From Eledone cirrhosa (taxonomy: Eukaryota): DNA of 64,000 nt. The position numbers were made by a program, and so were the translations under genes. The notes beneath the pieces are model-generated. The model was not told where the DNA came from. It saw nothing but the letters and a program-made list of their open reading frames with translations, and did not search any database. Shown here piece by piece: positions 54,675 through 64,000 of the stretch. The stretch covers positions 187,364,001 through 187,428,000 of the forward strand of contig OZ024740.1 of assembly GCA_964016885.1 (NCBI GenBank). The letters run 5' to 3'. The stretch's first letter is position 1, and each line of letters opens with the position of its first letter.

Positions 54675-54741
<67 letters not shown>

Positions 54742-54742
54742 G

Positions 54743-54879
<137 letters not shown>

Positions 54880-54880
54880 G

Positions 54881-55193
<313 letters not shown>

Positions 55194-55229
55194 GTATATA
55201 TATATATGTATATATATATATATAATATG

Positions 55230-55400
<171 letters not shown>

Positions 55401-55429
55401 GTATATATATATATACTATATTATATTTT

Positions 55430-55881
55430 GAGAATAAACTCTCAGTCGTTTACAATAATCCCAGCTCCAAGAAAAGGGCATTTCCGAGCAGTTAAATACA
55501 TTAAAATATATGATAAACACAAAACGTGTTTGCATTGTAACAGACAAAGTTAGCTATTAATGAAATAAACTAATTAAAGTGAATACAATTTGTCTGTCTC
55601 GATATAAGTCAATAAAGACAAGCCTATATTGGCTGTACATATTTAAATTTCAAAATCCAAACCTGCTCCGTAGATGAATTTGAACCTCGAAACCTAAATA
55701 GGTTTCGCAACGGTGGTACGTGAATGGAAAAATAAAGAGAATCAAAATGGATATAAGCTTGTCTTTATTGACTTATATCGACACAGACAAATTGTATTCA
55801 CTTTAATTAGTTTATTTCATTAAAAGCTAACTTTGTCTGTTACAATGCAAACACGTTTTGTGTTTATCATATATTTTAATG

Positions 55882-55884
<3 letters not shown>
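55430..55884. mobile_element. Diverged relative of the 21195-22065 family with a 128-bp inverted repeat (55496-55623 / 55757-55884)
   Basis: TTTACAATAATCCCAGCTC and TTTAAATTTCAAAATCCAAAC..TCCGTAGAT match the 21229 and 21439 regions. The arms are reverse complements. Confidence 0.75.
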
Positions 55885-55912
<28 letters not shown>

Positions 55913-55975
55913 GTATATATATATATGTCTATATATAGATATATATATATGTATATATATATATGTATATATATA

Positions 55976-56008
<33 letters not shown>

Positions 56009-56036
56009 GTATATGTATATATGTATATATATATAG

Positions 56037-56070
<34 letters not shown>

Positions 56071-56090
56071 GTATATATGTATATATATAG

Positions 56091-56142
<52 letters not shown>

Positions 56143-56143
56143 G

Positions 56144-56190
<47 letters not shown>

Positions 56191-56226
56191 GTATATATAT
56201 ATATGTATATATATATATGTATATAC

Positions 56227-57135
56227 AGGGCCCTGTAGAAACAGTAGACAGCTTCTGCTACCTAGGTGACCGAATTAGCAACGGAGGTGGGTGTTCAGAA
56301 AGTACAATAACTAGGGTAAGAACGGGATGGAAGAAGTTTAGGGAACTACTACCACTGCTAGCTGCAAAAGGCTTCTCCCTCAGAATGAAAGGCAGACTGC
56401 ATGATGCGTGTATCCGAACAGCAATGTTGCATGGTAGTGAGACCTGGGCGCTGAAGGTGGAAGACTTACGTAGATTAGAGAGAAACGAAGCCTGCATGCT
56501 CCGATGGATGTGTAACAGTAATATACGTGAACAACAAAGCATAAATGAATTGAGAGAGAGTCTGAGCATAAGAGGAATCAAATGCTGTGTGCAGTAGAGG
56601 CGGTTGCGCTGGTATGGACATGTGATGCGTATGAAGGATGACAGCTGCATAAAAAGGTGCAGAGCACTAGAAGTTGATGGAAACCGCGGAGTGGGGAGAC
56701 CCAAGATGACCTGGGATGAGGTGATAAAAGCCGATCTTACCCAATTACACCTCTCAGAGGCGATGACATATGACCGTGACTTCTGGCGTCACGCAGTAAT
56801 ACAGAGTACCCGACCTCCCATGGGTACATGCTGAAGCATATAAACAATATGCCCCCACACCCCCCACTGCAAGGTGGTCGTGGAGGTGCCACGGCAAAAA
56901 AGCACCCAGCCCACACTGTAAAGTGGACGTGTAGGCGCCACGAAAATGCACCCAGCACTCACTGTAAATGAGGTTGGTGTTAGGAAGGGCATCCAGCTGT
57001 AGAAATCAAGCCAGATCAGTTCCTGTATGAGTAAGGCATCGTCAGCTGACCAGACACTGCACACAACAGGACAACCCGTCCAACCCATGCTAGCGTGGAA
57101 GAACGGACGTAAAACGGTGATGATGATGATGATGA
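56227..57135 (+). mobile_element. 5'-truncated RTE family B LINE
   Basis: [24 protein letters not shown], in-frame TAG at 56595, LRWYGHV, GRPKMTW, stop at 56834, (GAT)n tail. Confidence 0.92.
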
Positions 57136-57224
57136 TAATATATATGTATATGTATATATATATGTTTATGTATATATATATATATATATGGATATATATA
57201 TATATGTATATATATATATACGTA

Positions 57225-57330
<106 letters not shown>

Positions 57331-57334
57331 TGTA

Positions 57335-58824
57335 TATCATCATCATCATCATCAACGTTTAACGTCCGTGTTCCACGCTTGCATGGGTTTGGACGGGGGT
57401 AGTCCCACTTGAGGCAAGAGTGATTGTCTTGCTCGCATAGGACTGTCTGGCAGGTTTTCTACAGTTGGATGCCCTTCCTAACACCAACCACATTTACAGT
57501 GTGGAGCTGGGAGGTTTTTACCGTGTTGCCTACACGGCCACATTACAGCATGGACTGTGTGTTTTTTTGTCGTGACACCTACACGATCTCATTTGTTTCG
57601 ACCTGGATGGCGCGGCACCAACATAACCTTACATAGAACGGGGTGGTGTGGATGGGGTGGGTGTGGTGGCGGGACGGGGGTGTATTTTGTTAGAGATGCC
57701 TACTGGCAAGGCGGGTCTTCTCTGTTACTGAGTACCGCCAAAGGTCTCGGTCCAGTGACATTGTCTTGGAGAGGTGTAAGTATGTGAGGTCGGAGTTTAT
57801 CAGCTCGTCCCAGGTTTTTCTAGGTCTGCCTATTCCGTGGCTACCGTCTATCTTTATTGCCCTGCACTTTGTTATACAGCTATCGACTTTCATGCGCATC
57901 ACGTGTCCATACCAACGTAGCCTTCTCTCGAGTAAACAACATCTGATCCCTCTTATCTCTAATTTTTTCCTTAGTCCGTTTATGCTTTGCCGTTCACGTA
58001 TATTACTATTACACATCCAGCAGAGCATGCAAGCTTCGTTCCTCTCTAGTTTGCGTATATCCTCTGCACACAATGCCCAGGTCTCACTGCCATGCAACAT
58101 TGCTGTTCGTATGCAGGCATCATAGAACCTGCCTTTCATTTTTAGGGAGAACCCTTTAGCGGCTAATAGTGGTATAATCTCTCTGAACTTTTTACATCCA
58201 GTTCTGACTCTCGCTACTGTACTTTCAGAGCACCATCCCCCACTGCTGATTTTGTCACCCAGGTAACGGAAGCTGTCCACTATTTCTATAGAGCCCTCTG
58301 CGCAGTTGTAAGAGCTAGTATTTTGTGGGCACTTGCTGCTACTTATTGCACCAGAGCACCGCCCACATGTAAAATCTATGTTCTTAGTTAGCTTACCTGT
58401 GATCCCACTACATCTGTTATGCACCCATACTTTGCATTTGGGACATAAAATGGAGTTTCTACCTACGCCTTTCCTACACACTGAGCATGGCCATTTCCCG
58501 GAAGGGAACGCCGCCTTCTTTCCTACAAACTAGAACTTTAGTCTTAGCCAGGTTAATTTTAAGGCCTTTTGATTCTAGGCCGTGATTCCATGTTTGGAAT
58601 TTCTTCTCTAGCTCGGCCATTGATTCAGCTATGAGTGTCAGGTCGTCTGCGTATAGGAGTTCCCATGGGCAGCCTGTCTTGAACTCCACTGTTATAGCCT
58701 GAAGGGCAATAATAAATAGTAGGGGGCTGAGAACAGAGCCCTGATGGATGCCAACTTTTACGCTAAACTCTTCACTATATTCGTTGTTAATTCTAACCTT
58801 GCTGACTGTTTCTTTATACATGGC
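57335..58824 (-). mobile_element. 5'-truncated RTE family A LINE
   Basis: [20 protein letters not shown], frameshift near 58500, PHD-like finger, LHGSETW, GRPRKTW, (GAT)n tail. Confidence 0.93.
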
Positions 58825-58869
58825 TTATATATATGTATATATATATATATGTATATATGTATATATATG

Positions 58870-58900
<31 letters not shown>

Positions 58901-58959
58901 GTGTATATGTATATATATATATATATATGTGTATATGTATATATATGTGTATATATATG

Positions 58960-58990
<31 letters not shown>

Positions 58991-59007
58991 GTGTGTGTAT
59001 ATATATG

Positions 59008-59100
<93 letters not shown>

Positions 59101-59168
59101 ACATATATATATACATGTATATATATATATGTACATATATATATACATGTATATATATACATATGTAC

Positions 59169-59233
<65 letters not shown>

Positions 59234-59240
59234 TATATAT

Positions 59241-59335
<95 letters not shown>

Positions 59336-59364
59336 TATATATATATATATATGTACATATATAT

Positions 59365-59463
<99 letters not shown>

Positions 59464-59470
59464 TATATAT

Positions 59471-59508
<38 letters not shown>

Positions 59509-59595
59509 ATATATATATATATATGTGTGTATATATATAAATACTAATATATATATATATACATGTATATATATGTGTGTATATATATATGCATG

Positions 59596-59631
<36 letters not shown>

Positions 59632-60739
59632 AATACTAATATATATATTCCCATGCTAGCGTGGAAAATGGACGTTAAACGAAGATGATGATATATATAT
59701 ATATATACCCATGCTAGCGTGGAAAATGGACGTTAAACGAAGATGATGATGATATATATATATAAATAAAACCATCATTAGAACAAAGTAATGTTATACT
59801 TTTAAAGTAATGACAAAGGTACCACTCAGATAATACAAAAATAATCTGATTTTCTAAAGAACATCTCATAACTTAATGTACAAAAAAGCACAAACAACTA
59901 TTCAGTGAAAATATCGTTCCTCATAGAATTATAAATTTGCCTATTGCCTGAAAACTAAAAAAATGATGTCTTCTTTATTGCCTAGAAGTTCATTATTATT
60001 TATCATTATTATTATTGGCAGTGAATTATTATAGGGAGGGGGATTGGCAGTATCGGTAGAGGGCCGGACGCCATGCTTTGCAGCAAAGAGTTATGGCCCT
60101 TTATGGTCTGAGTTCAAATCCCGCTGAGGTTAACTTTGCCTTTCATCCTCACGGTGTCGAAAAAAATAAAGTACCAGTAATACACTGGAATAATTGCTGG
60201 CCTTCTGCCAAAAGTAGAAAATTATTATTATTGGCAGTACCAGTAGAGGGTCGGACGTCATACTTTGACACATAGAGTTACGGCCCTTTCCATTCTGTGT
60301 TCAAATCCCGCCGAGGTCAACTTTGCTTTCATATTTACAGGGTCGATAAAATAAAGTACCACTATTGTACTGGGTAATTGCTGGCCTTGTGCCAAAAGTA
60401 GAAACAATTATTATTATTTGGTAGAGCGTCAGACACCATGCTTTGCGACATATAGTTATATCCCTTTATGTTCTGAGTTCAAATCCCAACAAGGTTAGGT
60501 TTGCCTTTCATCATTATGGACTCAATAAGGCACCAGTAATGCACTGAGGTCAATGGAGACGACTTTTCCCTCCTCCCAAAATTGTTGGCCTAGTGCCTAA
60601 ATTAGAAACTATTACCCATTAAAATGGTCGATTTGACAGAACCTTTAAAGTTTGAGATATTTGTTCTGAGTCTACATTTGACTTCAAGATGGAAAAAAGA
60701 AGTTGCCATCAACTGCTCTAAAGAAGTTGCCATTGACCA

Positions 60740-61140
60740 CTACTCTTTATATTAATCTTATACCTATTTTATTTTTTATTAAATTAACCTCTACTATGTA
60801 ATTTCAATCTTCAAATCAGTTATTTTGTTACTTTTTCAATTTCTTTCAAGTTTATGTTGTGGTCTCCTGGGATGGTAAAATCAATAATCTGGCTTTCTCA
60901 CCTATTTCTACAATATCAGGCCTGTTGTGTTCAAGTCTGCTATCTCTTTGGATAGTGATGTCCCAGTTTAAGCCAGCAATAGGCGTGAAATTTCTAGGTA
61001 CAGGATCCTTTGTAGGTTAGTCCTTCATAATAAGAGTAGATCTTTTAGCCTGTCTATTGATGTCATTACTGTTGATTGTAACTAGGTCTTGTCTGTGTAC
61101 TTCTTAAAGCTGTCTCAGCATCTTCATCAATCCACACATT
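60740..61140 (-). mobile_element. Degraded R4/Dong-like endonuclease fragment
   Basis: Minus strand near 60965-60910 reads WDITIQRDSRLEHNRPDIV, followed after a frameshift by IIDFTIPGD. Confidence 0.65.
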
Positions 61141-61289
61141 GTTTATCCTACTCTTCTACCCCCCCCCCCCTTGCCGTCATCATCATTGTCATCATCATCA
61201 CTATTTGCTATTCCTCCTTCTGTGGGGCCAAGTAAAATACTAGTCCCTGACAGAGTAACTGTATTCCCTTCCGAAGGATCAAATCTCGC

Positions 61290-61910
61290 TTGGACCAACA
61301 CCACTCACATGCCTCCATTCTGTGGTTCAATTCAGCATCCACCTCATCAACCAGCACAAATGCATTGGCATCAGAGTAGCCCAATAACTTGGACTCTGAC
61401 TGTGTGTCACATAAATACCATTGTGGAGCTGTTATCGATAAGTTCACCCTGCACCCATTACCATGCCACCAGAGCAGAGGCCGGTTCCCCCAACATGCCA
61501 CTCTCAATGACATGAGAAGGAGTCTCGATGCAGCCAGTTTCCCATCACAACTGGAGCCAGTAGGCCTCGACTGTGGTGAGGGTAAGCGCCCTAATATAAT
61601 TACCCTCTTCCCTTTCAAAGGAGGTAAGTCCCTCACATGGGATGCAATATGCTGTGACATGTTTTCTAGCTCCAACCTAGTCACCATGGCCACAAACCTT
61701 GGTACCATAGCTCACAATGCAAAGGAGAGAAAGATAAGCAAATACCAGAGCTTGTTCAGCCACTTCCTCTTTGGACCGGTTGACATTGAGGCATCAGGCA
61801 TCCTTAACCCCAGACAGGTGACCTCCTCTGTAAAATTGGATTGATAGCAGCTTATCTAAGGAAGGAGCCCCATAAGGTGGGGTGGCTGTTGCAGCATGTG
61901 TCACTGGCAA
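61290..61910 (+). mobile_element. Degraded CRE-like non-LTR retrotransposon 3' region (zinc knuckle + restriction-like endonuclease)
   Basis: HCGAVIDKFTLHPLPC..GRFPQHATLND..LEPVGLDCGEGKRPNIITLFPFKGGKSLTWDAICCD resembles the RPDG..WD..D RLE signature. Confidence 0.65.
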
Positions 61911-62937
61911 TTGTCCACAGAAATATCTTTGTCATTTTGTCTGCCGGGTCCAGTCAAAACATCTCTCTGACTTAGGTGTTGAGTCTGTCACCCTCTTCTC
62001 CATTTCTTTCTTCCTTTGTGTAATAGTCCTTGCTCTTTCCCTCTTTTTCCTCTCATTTATGGCATTTCTAGTACTTTTCAGTGCTGCTTTCTTTTTCTGT
62101 ATTAAATTACATTAAATTTGCCTACCTTCAAAACTGCTGGTGTTGTGCTCAAATAAGAAACCATTATTCTTCATTGTTTTACGTTAACTTTTCCATGCTT
62201 GCATTACTTGATAAAGGGCAGTGAAATTACAGTATCAGTAATTCATTGGACACCATGCTTCACAACAGAATGTTACAGCCCTTTGTGTTCTGATTTCAAA
62301 TCCTGCTGAGGTTAGCTTTGCCTTTCATATTTACGGGTTTGATAAAATAAAGTAGCAGTATCACACTGGAGTCGATTTAATCAACTTCCCATCTGCCTAA
62401 ACTGCTGGTGTTGTGCTCAAATTAGAAACCATTACTATTATTTGATGTATTGTCGCAAAAGTGTAAATATTTTGCTAGATACACTTGAATCATATTCCTG
62501 GTATAAAAAAAAGGTATGATCAATAAAATCCCAGACATCATTTGCTTATTGAGTGGAGTGGAACTCATAGGATTGGACCATGGAAATAATGTTTCCATTG
62601 GTTTTTCCATTGCTAATACGATCTGCTGGTCACAATTCCTGGCAGAAAGAGCAATAGGAAATAAAATGTCTTGCTAAAGGACATAACACATTACCTGGTC
62701 TGGGAATTGAACTCAGAGCCTCATGATTACGAATACAATTCTATAACCACTAAGCTACAATAAAGGTGCAGGTGATATTTCTGGTATTATAATTTAATTC
62801 CTTCATATTCCCTTATTTGGTCAATCCGTTTATTTGACTCTCTCCCATATCTACCTCAACTCAACTATGGAGAGCTAATCAACAGCATTGATGAACACGA
62901 CAATAAAAACAATGTCATCACCGATTACCATATAGAA

Positions 62938-63190
62938 CTATGATAGTGATGATGACAATGGTGATGTTAATTATGATGATAACGATGGTGGTGTTGATGG
63001 TAGTGGTAATGGCAAACACAGCAGCAGTGACAGCTCGGCTGGTGGTGATAATAGTGACAGTCATGTTGGTTGAGTCGGTGGCTATGGTGGCTGCTGTGGT
63101 GATGATTATGGTGATTATCATGAAGACAATAATCATGATAATGATGATGATGATCACAATAATAGCAATAATGACAACAACAACAATACA
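62938..63190. repeat. Degenerate (GAT/GGT/AAT)n trinucleotide tract (similar tract at 51350-51555)
   Basis: Direct reading. Confidence 0.85.
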
Positions 63191-64000
63191 GAGCATGAAA
63201 TTACAGTTCAGTATCTATTGATACAATTTATTTATTTATTTATTTTTTACATAGAAGCCCAACACTTAGCATGTATTTCTATAGCAACCATCATAGCATT
63301 GTTTCCCTCTCTACGAGTATGCCCACCATCCCCCTAAAACTGAACTGAACTAAACTTCCAATATGCCTATATCTTAAATATCATTTCAACAACCGATTAC
63401 TGATTTGGGGTTCATTAACTATTCCACTGCTTGATTGCTATCATCATATTGTCTTTTTATATTTATTTATCTATTTAATTGATTTATATATTTTTCTTGA
63501 TTTGTAGTTAGATGTTTTTATTTTATTTTATATTTTCTACATTTTTATATTTTTATATTTTTATATTTTTATTCATTTATTTATTTATTTATTCATATAT
63601 TTGTTTTGGCTTTCCAATAGTCATGAATAATTAGAATCAGTGAACGAAATTGCATTGATTGAACAGAAATACATGGAGGAAAGAGGAGGGAGGAAGCAAG
63701 GAAGGAGGAATGATGAAGGTGGAAGGAGGGGGAGGAATCAGCCATTACCCAAAACATGAATAAGCATGCCTTGATTTTTGCATGCAGCTTTTAATAATCA
63801 GTGTGCTGCTTGGGGATTGATTTCTTTAACACTTTATCTTTCATATATATGTGGGTTTATGTAAGAATGAGTGTGTGTTTATATGTGTGTGTATGTATAT
63901 ATATATATATATATATGTTAGTATGTATATATATATTTTTATGTGGGTTTATGTAAAATGTATGTGTGGTTGTCACTGTATATGTATCTTTGTGGATACA

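Larger units (their letters stand above)
52292..54677. mobile_element. Non-coding PLE-like terminal unit with a ~770-bp near-perfect inverted repeat (52292-53061 / 53772-54543)
   Basis: The arms differ at only a few positions. The spacer is TG/TA low-complexity sequence. Each arm carries an HHR. (TA)n flanks. Confidence 0.88.

Overview
Eukaryotic, very AT-rich, repeat-dominated DNA. The style (long degenerate (TA)n tracts, RTE LINEs with (GAT)n tails, tRNA-derived SINEs, many Penelope-like elements) suggests an octopus/cephalopod genome, but that is inference. No intact host gene is supported, and most listed ORFs are YI/IY microsatellite artefacts. The window is a nest of retroelements inserted into (TA)n/(TATG)n: at least five Penelope-like element (PLE) families (RT + C-terminal GIY-YIG, one near full-length and Hydra-clade-like), two or more RTE-clade LINE families carrying a PHD-like zinc finger after the RT, R4/Dong-like and CRE-like remnants, SINEs and MITEs. 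The main unannotated signal is RNA structure. About eight distinct families of type I hammerhead-ribozyme (HHR) motifs can be folded by eye. They include perfect cores, U3:A8 compensatory cores, a recurrent CAGAAGA (U4A) core and long stem-II forms. Many sit in fold-back (inverted) or partial-tandem non-coding units. The best candidate for a new system is a 567-bp non-coding partial tandem (21195-22065) whose boundary lies within 5 nt of its predicted HHR cleavage site, i.e. a possible retrozyme/circular-RNA-derived element. All folds were done by hand and none has been tested for activity.
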